From the NCBI GenBank assembly GCA_017553505.1, contig JAFZLD010000027.1:33119-97118 (forward strand): a stretch of 64,000 nt of DNA, written 5' to 3'. Of this stretch, positions 38,244 through 46,740 are shown piece by piece (position 1 is the stretch's first letter; every line of letters begins with the position of its first letter). Below the pieces are notes generated by a model. It did not search any database and was not told the DNA's origin. It saw nothing but the letters and a program-made list of their open reading frames with translations. Origin of the DNA: Lachnospiraceae bacterium. Lineage in GTDB: Bacteria; Bacillota; Clostridia; Lachnospirales; Lachnospiraceae. Made by a program: the position numbers and the translations under genes.

Positions 38244-38956
38244 AAATCGTAAGTTTTTGCGCCACGGAGAAAAAAGGCGTTACATACAGACTTCAGGAAG
38301 CGTTTCTTGAGGAGTTCAGGGACAGAGCAGAGATAACAGAGTTTTATTTTCCCAAGGACTGCCCGGCGTTTTGCAGAGGATGCGCTATATGCGTACGGAA
38401 GGACCCGAATCTGTGCAGGGAAGCGGAGTATATACAGAAGATTGACAAGGCTATGCGTGAGGCGGATCTGCTGGTGTTTAGCTCGCCTGCGTATGTATTT
38501 CACACTACCGGTGCAATGAAGGCGTTTCTTGACCATTTTGCATACAGGTGGATGCCTCACAGACCGGCAGCAGAAATGTTTGGAAAGCGCGCGGTTATCA
38601 TTACGCAGTGCCTCGGAGGCGGTGGCAAATCGGCGGCCAAGGATATCAAGGACAGCCTTTCCTGGTGGGGAGTAAGCGATATCAGGGTTCGCAGCTTCAA
38701 ACTCATGAGCGAAATCGAGTGGGACAGGCTTCCCGACAAGAAGCGCAGCGAAATGACAGGCTCGGTTAAGGCACTTGCACGAAAACTTGCAAGTGTAGAT
38801 TACAGTAAGCGGGCACACGCGAATATAGTCACCAAGTCGAAGTTCTACGTGGTACGCATGCTCCAGACCGCTCTCGGAAAGAGCAATCCTGAGTACATAG
38901 ATTTTAGATACTGGAAAGCCAACGGCTGGATTGGAAAGGTAAGACCCTGGAAATAG
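38240..38956 (+). CDS. flavodoxin-like-fold NAD(P)H-dependent oxidoreductase family protein
   Basis: ADLLVFSSPAYVFHTTGAMKAFLDHF motif; ATGA overlap with the TetR stop codon. Confidence 0.7.
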   Translation: MKIVSFCATEKKGVTYRLQEAFLEEFRDRAEITEFYFPKDCPAFCRGCAICVRKDPNLCREAEYIQKIDKAMREADLLVFSSPAYVFHTTGAMKAFLDHFAYRWMPHRPAAEMFGKRAVIITQCLGGGGKSAAKDIKDSLSWWGVSDIRVRSFKLMSEIEWDRLPDKKRSEMTGSVKALARKLASVDYSKRAHANIVTKSKFYVVRMLQTALGKSNPEYIDFRYWKANGWIGKVRPWK

Positions 38957-38976
38957 AGATTTAGGAGGAATTTATC

Positions 38977-39618
38977 GTGAATAAGAAATTGATTAATTAC
39001 ATCGGACTTTTGGGAATTGTATCCCTTATTTCATACACGGTGGCGGTGATATTCTCGCCCATTGCTTATCCCGGCTACAATTGGATGGCTCAGGCGGTAA
39101 GTGACCTTTCGGCGGAGACGGCGCCTTCCAAGCAGCTGTGGGGACAACTCTCCGCTCTTTACGGCAAGTGCGGTATCGTAAGTTCCACTTGCGCGTGCAT
39201 ATGGCTTGCTGACAATAAGTTCGGCGAGAAGCTTTTCCGCGTGGGCGTCTATCTTTTTACCCTCATGAACTGGGTATCGGGCGTGGGCTATGCTATGTTC
39301 CCGCTTGACGACGCAGGCAAAGAAATCGCTTCGTTTCAGGAAGTTATGCACATCGTAGTCACCGCACTGGTGGTATTTCTCTCGATTGTTTCTTTGGCTG
39401 TGATAATCGTGGCCGGATGCAAAAGAAAGGCGCCTAAAGGCATCGGCATCTGGGCTGCTGTCGCACTTGCAATGATGTTTATCGGCGCTATCGGTGTGAA
39501 TGCCGCGCCGGCAGAGTACATGGGCGTTGCGGAGCGTTTCAGCGTGTTCTCGGCAACGGGGTTCAATGCGGTGCTCGGCTGGTATTTGTTTGTAAGCTTC
39601 AAGGCAAAAGAAGTGTAA
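38977..39618 (+). CDS. DUF998-like polytopic membrane protein
   Basis: 213 aa, GTG start, six hydrophobic segments, YNWMAQAVSDLSA motif; family call is tentative. Confidence 0.6.
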   Translation: MNKKLINYIGLLGIVSLISYTVAVIFSPIAYPGYNWMAQAVSDLSAETAPSKQLWGQLSALYGKCGIVSSTCACIWLADNKFGEKLFRVGVYLFTLMNWVSGVGYAMFPLDDAGKEIASFQEVMHIVVTALVVFLSIVSLAVIIVAGCKRKAPKGIGIWAAVALAMMFIGAIGVNAAPAEYMGVAERFSVFSATGFNAVLGWYLFVSFKAKEV

Positions 39619-39704
39619 AGCGTGTGTATATCCGTGTAAGACGCGAATCCGCGTGAAACTGTCTTAGAATGATATGTGTGAAAACATATTTGAGGAGGAA
39701 GATT

Positions 39705-40040
39705 ATGAACGATTACATTGCATACTGCGGTCTTGATTGTGAAGCCTGCGAGGCGAGAATCGCTACAGTTAACGACGACGACAACTTGCGCGAAAAGGTG
39801 GCCAAAGAATGGTCTACGCTCAACGGGGTTACGATTACACCCGAGATGATTAACTGCGTCGGCTGTCGGATTCCGGGACCCAAGACGCCTTACTGTGAGA
39901 GCATGTGCAACATCAGACAGTGCGCCATGGCCAAGGATTACGAAACTTGCGGAAAATGCGCGGAAATGATGACTTGCAAGAAGGTCGGCGCTATAATTAG
40001 GGGTAATGAAGAGGCTCTTCGGAATCTCAAAAAGGAATAA
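39705..40040 (+). CDS. DUF3795-like cysteine-rich protein
   Basis: Start at MNDYIAYCGLDCEACE (ATG 39705, GGAGGA upstream); further CVGCR, CNIRQC, CGKCAEMMTC clusters. Confidence 0.65.
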   Translation: MNDYIAYCGLDCEACEARIATVNDDDNLREKVAKEWSTLNGVTITPEMINCVGCRIPGPKTPYCESMCNIRQCAMAKDYETCGKCAEMMTCKKVGAIIRGNEEALRNLKKE

Positions 40041-40101
40041 AAGCACAGGGGGCATTAGTGCTCCATTGGGCTTACTTTCAGAAATTTGAAGGGGAAATAT
40101 C

Positions 40102-40863
40102 ATGGTATATGAATTAACTGATACGAAACTTGCAGAACCGATTTTCGAGGGCTGGAAAGAGACCTTGATATATTCGTGTTTGCAGAAAGTTATGGGTAAA
40201 GTCTTTGTGACGGATACTGTTGCGCCTAAGGCTGCGATGGCGTATGTCGGATGTTTTGCATTTGTGGCGGGTGAGCCTGAGCGTGAACTGGTACTGGGAG
40301 TGCCCGAAGGCTTTACTATTATGACACCGCAGAATGATGACTGGGCGAGACTTATAGAAGATTGTTATCCGGATGCCAAAAAGGTTACGCGCTTCGCGAT
40401 TAAGAAGGATACGAAGTTTGACAAGGCTCGATTGCAGGAAATTGTGAATGGCCTGGCGGATGGCTACGAACTTCGCAAGATTGATTCAGAAATCTATGAT
40501 ATGTGCATCGTCGACCCTGTTACGGCTGACTTTGTGTCTTCTTTTGACACCAAAGAAAGATATCTGGAGCTCGGTCGCGGTATGGTAATTCTGAAAGACG
40601 GTCGAATCGTTTCGGGTGCGTCGTCCTATACGAGCTATCGTGAGGGTATTGAGATAGAGGTTGATACCGTTGAGGAGGAGCGTCGCAAGGGACTTGCAAG
40701 TGTGGCTTGCGCGGCATTGATTCTTGATTGCCTTAAGGATGGTCTGTACCCCAGTTGGGATGCTCAAAATATGGGCTCGGTGCGTTTATCTGAGAAGTTC
40801 GGATATGAGTTTGACCATGAGTATGCGGCCTATGAACTTAACAGAACTTGCAGAACGCACTGA
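40102..40863 (+). CDS. GNAT-family N-acetyltransferase (long form, PF12746-like)
   Basis: 253 aa; C-terminal EERRKGLASVACAALILDCL acetyl-CoA-binding-like segment. Confidence 0.7.
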   Translation: MVYELTDTKLAEPIFEGWKETLIYSCLQKVMGKVFVTDTVAPKAAMAYVGCFAFVAGEPERELVLGVPEGFTIMTPQNDDWARLIEDCYPDAKKVTRFAIKKDTKFDKARLQEIVNGLADGYELRKIDSEIYDMCIVDPVTADFVSSFDTKERYLELGRGMVILKDGRIVSGASSYTSYREGIEIEVDTVEEERRKGLASVACAALILDCLKDGLYPSWDAQNMGSVRLSEKFGYEFDHEYAAYELNRTCRTH

Positions 40864-40884
40864 TGCGGAGTGAAAGGACCGGCC

Positions 40885-41352
40885 ATGATAAGAGAGATTA
40901 CTTCCGCAGACAACGCGGCGATAGCTGCCATCATTCGTAAGAACCTTGAAGACGCCGGCCTGGCAATCCCGGGAACAGCGTACTTTGACGAGGCATTAGA
41001 TCGTTTTAGTGATATTTACGGGAAAGATGACGCACGTTATTATGTGTACACAAAAGAAGGAAAAGTTGTAGGCGGAATCGGTTTTGCAAGATTCCTCTCA
41101 TCCTCGGACACTGCGGAGCTTCAAAAACTGTATTTGGACGATTCGGTGAAAGGAATGGGCCTTGGATATAAGCTTATAGTGCATGTGGAAGAAGCCATGA
41201 GGCAGGCTGGATTTAGTAAATCTTATCTGGAGACTCATGACAATCTGCAGGCTGCCATTCACATTTATAAGAAGTGCGGCTACCGTGAGATTGAGCGTCC
41301 TGCAGAAGTCGGACACAGCACAATGAACCGCTTTTTTATCAAAGATTTGTAA
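40885..41352 (+). CDS. GNAT-family N-acetyltransferase
   Basis: Start at MIREITSADNAA; LQKLYLDDSVKGMGLGYKLI (Q/RxxGxG/A motif A). Confidence 0.85.
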   Translation: MIREITSADNAAIAAIIRKNLEDAGLAIPGTAYFDEALDRFSDIYGKDDARYYVYTKEGKVVGGIGFARFLSSSDTAELQKLYLDDSVKGMGLGYKLIVHVEEAMRQAGFSKSYLETHDNLQAAIHIYKKCGYREIERPAEVGHSTMNRFFIKDL

Positions 41353-41368
41353 TATGATTAAGTGTAAA

Positions 41369-41407
41369 AAGAACCTAAATCTGTGTGATGCAGGTTCTTT
41401 TCTTTTG
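41369..41407 (+). terminator. intrinsic terminator
   Basis: AAGAACCT-N14-AGGTTCTT followed by TTCTTTTG. Confidence 0.6.
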
Positions 41408-41452
41408 CTGCGATATGATGTATTCGGAGGAAAAGAACAGGGGAATTGATAT

Positions 41453-41968
41453 ATGTTAAAACTTACAAAGGACTTTGATACGGTCAAGAAAAAGTATCTC
41501 GACGTAATTAAGAATACGCCGAAAATGAAGCGGTTTGCCATGTGGGATTATGGCAAGCATCCGACTGATGAAATGATCAAAGATTATATCGACCACGATG
41601 AGATGTATGTGATGCAGGACGGTGATACAATCGTTGGAATGGTGGCGATAGTTATGAGCCAGGACCATGGATATGCGAATGTGCACTGGGCGAGAGTTTT
41701 AAAGGATGATGAAGTATCGACACTTCATATATTTGCTGTGGTGCCCGAGTACACGGGAAAGTATTTTGGACTGCAGATGCTTCGCGATGCAATAGAATTA
41801 TCCAAGAAAGCCGGCAAAAAAGGAATGCGTTTAGACGTACTGAAATCCAACATACCGGCACAGCTTATGTATGAAAAAGCAGGCTTTTCCTATAGGGGTA
41901 TGCAGCGGTTATATGCCGAAAATACGGGCTGGGCAGACTTTTGTTATTATGAGAAATTATTCATATAA
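41453..41968 (+). CDS. GNAT-family N-acetyltransferase
   Basis: HIFAVVPEYTGKYFGLQML motif A region. Confidence 0.8.
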   Translation: MLKLTKDFDTVKKKYLDVIKNTPKMKRFAMWDYGKHPTDEMIKDYIDHDEMYVMQDGDTIVGMVAIVMSQDHGYANVHWARVLKDDEVSTLHIFAVVPEYTGKYFGLQMLRDAIELSKKAGKKGMRLDVLKSNIPAQLMYEKAGFSYRGMQRLYAENTGWADFCYYEKLFI

Positions 41969-42146
41969 TTAAATTAGGATTAAACAAATAATGCCATCGG
42001 CGAAATCTCGTGAATACATTTTGGGGCTTAAAAGAGCCGCCGAAGAACGGTCGAATCGATGGTATAAAATAACGCGCGATATCGCAAAACCTAAGGTATC
42101 TGCGAGTCGCCAATTGTAGTATATTGTTATAAGAGAGGTACATATT

Positions 42147-43010
42147 ATGAAAATACTTGTAGTAGGCGGAACGAAGTTCTTCGGTATCCCGATGGTAAAT
42201 GCATTGCTTAAAGCAGGCCACGATGTGACGATAGCATCTCGCGGAAACGTGATTCCTGAGTTTGACGGCGAGGTAAAATACGTGGTCATGAACCGAATGG
42301 ATTCCGCAAGTGTCAAGGAGGCTGTCGGCGGCAGACACTACGATGTGATAATTGATAAGGTTGCATACGGTTCGCTTGACGTGAAAGCGCTTCTTGAGAA
42401 CGTAACCTGCGACCGCTATATTCAGATGTCCACTTGCTCTGTGTACGATTCCGAGCATGAGGACATTAAGGAAGAGGAGTTTACGACAGAAGATTTTGAA
42501 CTTAAATGGGAAAATAGACTCCCGGATTACCAGATGACCAAGCGTAATGCCGAGCGCGCAGCCATAGAGTTTATGGCGCCGGAGAAGGTTTCTTTTGTGA
42601 GATACCCTATCGTAATGGGTGATAATGACTACACCGGCCGCCTTGACTTCTACATTACCCACATCAAGGAGCAGAAGCCGATGCACGTGGATGACTATGA
42701 CAAGTCGATGGCGTTTATATGGCAAAAGAACGCGGGCGAATTCATAGCTTACCTTGCGGATCATTTCGTAAGCGGACCCGTGAACGGCTGCTCGCGGGGC
42801 GCGGTTAGAATAGGCGATATTATCGAGTATATAGAGAAGAAGACCGGCTTGAAGGCTGTTATGGCGGGTGACGGTGATGAGGCTCCTTACAACGGGCTTA
42901 CGGATACCGACAGCTACAACACCGACAAGGCGGAGGCGACAGGGTACAGATTCACTCCTTACGAAGAGTGGCTGTATCAATTGATAGACAGAAGATTGGA
43001 GGCTTTATGA
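42147..43010 (+). CDS. NAD-dependent epimerase/dehydratase-family (atypical SDR) protein
   Basis: MKILVVGGTKFFGIPMV Rossmann N-terminus. Confidence 0.8.
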   Translation: MKILVVGGTKFFGIPMVNALLKAGHDVTIASRGNVIPEFDGEVKYVVMNRMDSASVKEAVGGRHYDVIIDKVAYGSLDVKALLENVTCDRYIQMSTCSVYDSEHEDIKEEEFTTEDFELKWENRLPDYQMTKRNAERAAIEFMAPEKVSFVRYPIVMGDNDYTGRLDFYITHIKEQKPMHVDDYDKSMAFIWQKNAGEFIAYLADHFVSGPVNGCSRGAVRIGDIIEYIEKKTGLKAVMAGDGDEAPYNGLTDTDSYNTDKAEATGYRFTPYEEWLYQLIDRRLEAL

Positions 43011-43459
43011 GCGAATTAAAATATGTGGTTTTGCGTGAGCGCCCTGAACTTAAGGACGAGGCGGCAGAATGGTTTCATAAGAACTGGGGAGTGCCCAAGG
43101 AGGCTTATCTTGAGTGCATGGACGACTACCTCTCGGGTGGGACCGAGTATGGCTGGTATGTGTGCCTTGCCGGCGACAAGATTGTGGGCGGTCTCGGAGT
43201 GATTGAGAACGATTTCCACGACAGAAAGGATCTTGCGCCCAATGTCTGTGCGGTTTACACAGACGAAGAGTACCGCTCTAAGGGTATTGCGGGTAAGCTT
43301 TTGAATCTGGTGGTTGAAGATATGAAGGCTCACGGTATTTCACCGTTGTACCTGGTTACCGACCATACTTCTTTTTACGAGAGATACGGTTGGGAGTATT
43401 TCTGTCAGGCGCAGGGCGACGGCGAGCCTGAGCCTACCAGGGTGTATATTCACAGATAA
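43007..43459 (+). CDS. GNAT-family N-acetyltransferase
   Basis: Start at MSELKYVVL (ATGA overlap with the previous stop); VYTDEEYRSKGIAGKLL motif A. Confidence 0.8.
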   Translation: MSELKYVVLRERPELKDEAAEWFHKNWGVPKEAYLECMDDYLSGGTEYGWYVCLAGDKIVGGLGVIENDFHDRKDLAPNVCAVYTDEEYRSKGIAGKLLNLVVEDMKAHGISPLYLVTDHTSFYERYGWEYFCQAQGDGEPEPTRVYIHR

Positions 43460-43494
43460 TGTCCCGGAGAATAATCGACAAAGGGAACAAAAAA

Positions 43495-43599
43495 ATGACT
43501 AAGATACTTGCAATTATAGGAATTGTAGAAGGACTGCTGTGCTGCAAGTTTAGGACTTGCCATGTACGGGGGACTTGCGTTGATTGCTTTATAAGCTAA
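43495..43599 (+). CDS. possible small Cys-rich hydrophobic peptide (34 aa)
   Basis: Hand translation gives MTKILAIIGIVEGLLCCKFRTCHVRGTCVDCFIS. AAGGGA 8 nt upstream; its stop codon overlaps the AAGGAG RBS of the next gene. No family recognised. Confidence 0.25.
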   Translation: MTKILAIIGIVEGLLCCKFRTCHVRGTCVDCFIS

Positions 43600-43608
43600 G
43601 GAGACTAT

Positions 43609-44646
43609 ATGGATATCACTATCAGACCGATTACTCCCGATGATGCGGAGAATTTCTTTGGCATGATGTGCCTTCTGGACGAAGAAACCGAATACATGAT
43701 GTATGAGCCCGGCGAGCGTACGGAGAAAGGTGGCAGTGGAAGTACGATGCGTGCGCGTATCGAAGGAGCTGTGGCCGGAGGTGATTTGGTACTGGTGGCG
43801 GTTGATAAGGATGAGATAGTGGGCTTTATATGGGCGCAAAGAGGAAATTGCAACCGTATGAAGCATACCGCATATATTGTGGTTGGAATTCGCAAGGCTT
43901 ACAGGGGGCTGGGAATCGGAACCGATTTCTTTAAGCATCTTGATAATTGGGCGGAGGTCAATGGCATTGTGAGGCTGAGTCTTACTGTCGAGTGCGAGAA
44001 CGTAGGTGCCAAGAACCTGTATTTAAAGAGCGGCTTTCAGGTCGAGGGTATTTGTCCCAAGTCGATGCTTGTAAACGGACGATACGTGGATGAGTATTAT
44101 ATGGGTAAGATAATCAATGATTATTCGAACCTTCGTCTTGAGACCGAGCATCTGATTCTTAAGAAATCGGTCATGACTGACTGGAAGGCGTTGTACGATA
44201 ATGTGTGGCGCCATGCTGAGACCGCGGAGTATATGCTGTGGGAAGCGACTGACTCGGAAGAGGAAGCGCAGAATCGCATGCGCAATGCCTTAGAGTGGCA
44301 GCGTAAGACCAAGTATGCTCTTACCGTGTACCTTAAGGCGACGGATGAGGCTATCGGCTGGGCGAATATGGTGCCTTGCGAGGCGGATTCTTTTGAAATC
44401 AGTGGTGTGGCTCTGGGACCGGATTATGTGCAAAAGGGCTACGGACGTGAAATCATGGAAGCGCTTGAAGAGGCGGCGAGAAGCGAAGGTGCCGTGAAGA
44501 TTATTTCTAGTAACAGGCAGGGTAACGTGGCTTCACGTGAGTTGCAGAGAGCCTGCGGTTACGTATTAGAGGGCCTGTCCGAGGAAAAAGAAGATCCTTA
44601 TACAGGTGAAAAGTACTTCCTCGAGAATAATGTGAAATACTTATAG
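43609..44646 (+). CDS. tandem double-GNAT acetyltransferase (RimJ/RimL-like second half)
   Basis: 345 aa; motif A twice: VVGIRKAYRGLGIGTDFF and VALGPDYVQKGYGREIM. Confidence 0.8.
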   Translation: MDITIRPITPDDAENFFGMMCLLDEETEYMMYEPGERTEKGGSGSTMRARIEGAVAGGDLVLVAVDKDEIVGFIWAQRGNCNRMKHTAYIVVGIRKAYRGLGIGTDFFKHLDNWAEVNGIVRLSLTVECENVGAKNLYLKSGFQVEGICPKSMLVNGRYVDEYYMGKIINDYSNLRLETEHLILKKSVMTDWKALYDNVWRHAETAEYMLWEATDSEEEAQNRMRNALEWQRKTKYALTVYLKATDEAIGWANMVPCEADSFEISGVALGPDYVQKGYGREIMEALEEAARSEGAVKIISSNRQGNVASRELQRACGYVLEGLSEEKEDPYTGEKYFLENNVKYL

Positions 44647-44682
44647 GATTCGGTTAGAGAAAATATGCTTAGTGTACAGTGG

Positions 44683-44703
44683 TGTGACACGAAAAGTGTC
44701 ACA
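44683..44703. promoter_or_regulatory. perfect inverted repeat TGTGACAC-GAAAA-GTGTCACA
   Basis: 8-bp arms; ends 8 nt upstream of the -35 element at 44712; either an operator or a weak terminator of the upstream gene. Confidence 0.5.
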
Positions 44704-44711
44704 TAAAATTG

Positions 44712-44740
44712 TTGACAAGGTGTGAGTGTCTTGATAGTAT
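44712..44740 (+). promoter_or_regulatory. candidate sigma-A promoter TTGACA-17-TGaTAGTAT
   Basis: TTGACA 44712-44717, 17-nt spacer ending in TGA, -10 TAGTAT 44735-44740. Confidence 0.5.
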
Positions 44741-44772
44741 TTAGATATCAATTAAGAAAGCGAGGTATTTTT

Positions 44773-44835
44773 ATGACTGCGATGACAATTGAAAAAGTTT
44801 TTAACAGTGCGAAGACCTCGGCTTTCGGATTCTAA
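44773..44835 (+). CDS. possible 20-aa small ORF within a self-contained promoter-terminator unit (may instead be a small RNA)
   Basis: Hand translation gives MTAMTIEKVFNSAKTSAFGF; weak GAGG 8 nt upstream; flanked by the promoter at 44712 and the terminator at 44855. Confidence 0.25.
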   Translation: MTAMTIEKVFNSAKTSAFGF

Positions 44836-44854
44836 TTCGAGTTTGCGTTTTTAC

Positions 44855-44884
44855 GGCCGTGGTGTAATATCCACGGCCTTTTTA
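44855..44884 (+). terminator. intrinsic terminator
   Basis: GGCCGTGG-TGTAATAT-CCACGGCC followed by TTTTT. Confidence 0.8.
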
Positions 44885-44975
44885 CGTCTTTTTTTATCTT
44901 TTTCGCGTTAAGCGCGTCATTGCGGCTGCAGGTCTTCGGTAAGAAATTATTTTATCAGAAACGGAGATTAAGACA

Positions 44976-46559
44976 GTGAGCATTATTATCAGACAGGAAA
45001 CAAAAGAAGATTATTACAAGACAGAACTAATGACTATGCGAGCCTTTTGGAACGTGTACAGGTCAGGATGCTTTGAGCATTATCTGGTGCATATGATTAG
45101 GGATGCGCACGAGTACGTGCCGGAGATAAGTCGCGTGGCGGAGGTCGACGGAGAGATAGTCGGAGCCATCTATTATACGCGCGCCAAAGTTGTGGACGGA
45201 GATGTTGAGCATGAAGTGCTGACCTTCGGACCGCTTTGCGTGGATCCTTTGTGGTATGACAGGGGAGTTGGTAAGAGACTGCTTGAGGAGACACTGGAGC
45301 TTGCGCGTGAGGCGGGGTATCCGGGAGTGGTTATTTTTGGTGAGCCGGGGTATTATCCTAAGTTCGGATTTAAAAATTGCGCATGTTGTGGTATTTTTGA
45401 CTCCAACGGTCAAAACTATGATCCGTTCATGGCATTGCCTTTAAATTCGGGATTTTCAGAGGTTCACGGAAGGTTTGAAGAGGCTTCTTTTTTCGCAAAT
45501 TGCGAGGATGAAGAGGCGGTTTCGGAATTTAATAAAAAGTTCCCTTACATGAAGCCTTTGGAACTTAAGTGTCAGCCGCTTCATGAGTTTAGACTCGGAA
45601 GAATTGCGTCGGTTAAGAAGAATATTTATACGATTAAGTTCTGGGAATCGGAGATTCCGGCCAAGCTTAAGGGCTTCTTTTACGAGAAGGCAGCGGAAGA
45701 GCTCCCGATTGTAGGAGACTATGTGACCTTTGAACTGAATCCTTGGGGGGAGTCGGTGATTACGTCGGTGTGCAAGCGTACGAGCGTGCTGAAGCGCCCG
45801 GATCAGGCCAAGACCGCGACCGACCAGTATATGGTGAGCAACGCAGACCTCGTGTTCATCGTGACTTCGCTTAATGAGGATTACAGCTATAACAGAATTG
45901 CCAGGTATGTGAGCGTGGCTCTTGAGGGCGGCGTGACGCCTGTGGTGATTCTTACGAAGATGGACCTCGTGGAGGATGCGTATTCGTATGTGGCTGAGGC
46001 TGAGACGATTTCGCCCGGGCTCAAGGTGCATGCGGTGTCCGCCACCATGGGGTGGGGGCTTAACGAGCTCAGAGAGTATCTTGTGCCCGGTGTTTCGATA
46101 TGCCTGCTTGGCTCGTCGGGTGCCGGCAAGTCAACGCTCATTAATGCGCTGGCGGGCCGTGAGGTCATGAAGACCGCTGCGATTCGTGAGGACGATGGCG
46201 AAGGTCGCCATACGACCACTCACAGGCAGCTTATCGACCTTAGCGAGGGCGTGACGATAATCGACACGCCCGGCATGCGCGAAATCGGCCTTGCCGGCGT
46301 AGACGCCGGGCTCGAGGAGACCTTTGCCGACATACTTGAGCTGGAAGCTCAGTGCAAGTTTAGCAACTGTCGTCACGACACCGAGCCCGGCTGCGCCATC
46401 AAGGCGGCTCTCCATGATGGCCGCCTTGACCCGAAGCGCCTCGAGCTCTACCGCAACTTCAACGCCGAAAACACCAAGAACTACGCCAAGAAAAAAGAAA
46501 TCTCCAAGTATGTCTACCAGCGCCGCAGAGCGAAGGGTAAGACTCTCGAAGATTTCTAA
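44976..46559 (+). CDS. fusion protein: N-terminal GNAT acetyltransferase (COG3153-like) plus C-terminal RsgA/YjeQ-type circularly permuted GTPase
   Basis: 527 aa, GTG start. GNAT part GPLCVDPLWYDRGVGKRLL. RsgA part in permuted order: G4 LTKMDL, G1 GSSGAGKSTLINAL, G3 DTPGMRE, then zinc knuckle CKFSNCRHDTEPGC. Confidence 0.85.
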   Translation: MSIIIRQETKEDYYKTELMTMRAFWNVYRSGCFEHYLVHMIRDAHEYVPEISRVAEVDGEIVGAIYYTRAKVVDGDVEHEVLTFGPLCVDPLWYDRGVGKRLLEETLELAREAGYPGVVIFGEPGYYPKFGFKNCACCGIFDSNGQNYDPFMALPLNSGFSEVHGRFEEASFFANCEDEEAVSEFNKKFPYMKPLELKCQPLHEFRLGRIASVKKNIYTIKFWESEIPAKLKGFFYEKAAEELPIVGDYVTFELNPWGESVITSVCKRTSVLKRPDQAKTATDQYMVSNADLVFIVTSLNEDYSYNRIARYVSVALEGGVTPVVILTKMDLVEDAYSYVAEAETISPGLKVHAVSATMGWGLNELREYLVPGVSICLLGSSGAGKSTLINALAGREVMKTAAIREDDGEGRHTTTHRQLIDLSEGVTIIDTPGMREIGLAGVDAGLEETFADILELEAQCKFSNCRHDTEPGCAIKAALHDGRLDPKRLELYRNFNAENTKNYAKKKEISKYVYQRRRAKGKTLEDF

Positions 46560-46740
46560 ACTCTGAGCGTTACAGATTCTTTTTACAACAATCAAAAGGC
46601 CACAGCGCCTGAACAATAAGGAGGATTTTTTGAAATTTAACAGTAAGACATCGGAGACCGTAGCATAACCGGGAGGTTTGCTTAACGTCTCGCAGGCCTC
46701 CCAAAGGATTGAACACATAATCTTTTTGGAGGACAGAAAA

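Noticed and set aside
39336-40103. 255-aa ORF on the minus strand
   Set aside because: It spans two + strand genes with recognisable features (DUF998-like, DUF3795-like) and their intergenic region; no RBS.
41961-42980. 339-aa ORF on the minus strand
   Set aside because: It is antisense to the NAD-dependent epimerase-like gene (MKILVVGGTKFFG Rossmann start). No recognisable motifs; shadow ORF.
45456-46718. Two long minus-strand ORFs (191 and 195 aa)
   Set aside because: They are antisense to the GNAT-RsgA gene, whose GTPase motifs are unambiguous. Arg/His-rich shadow frames.
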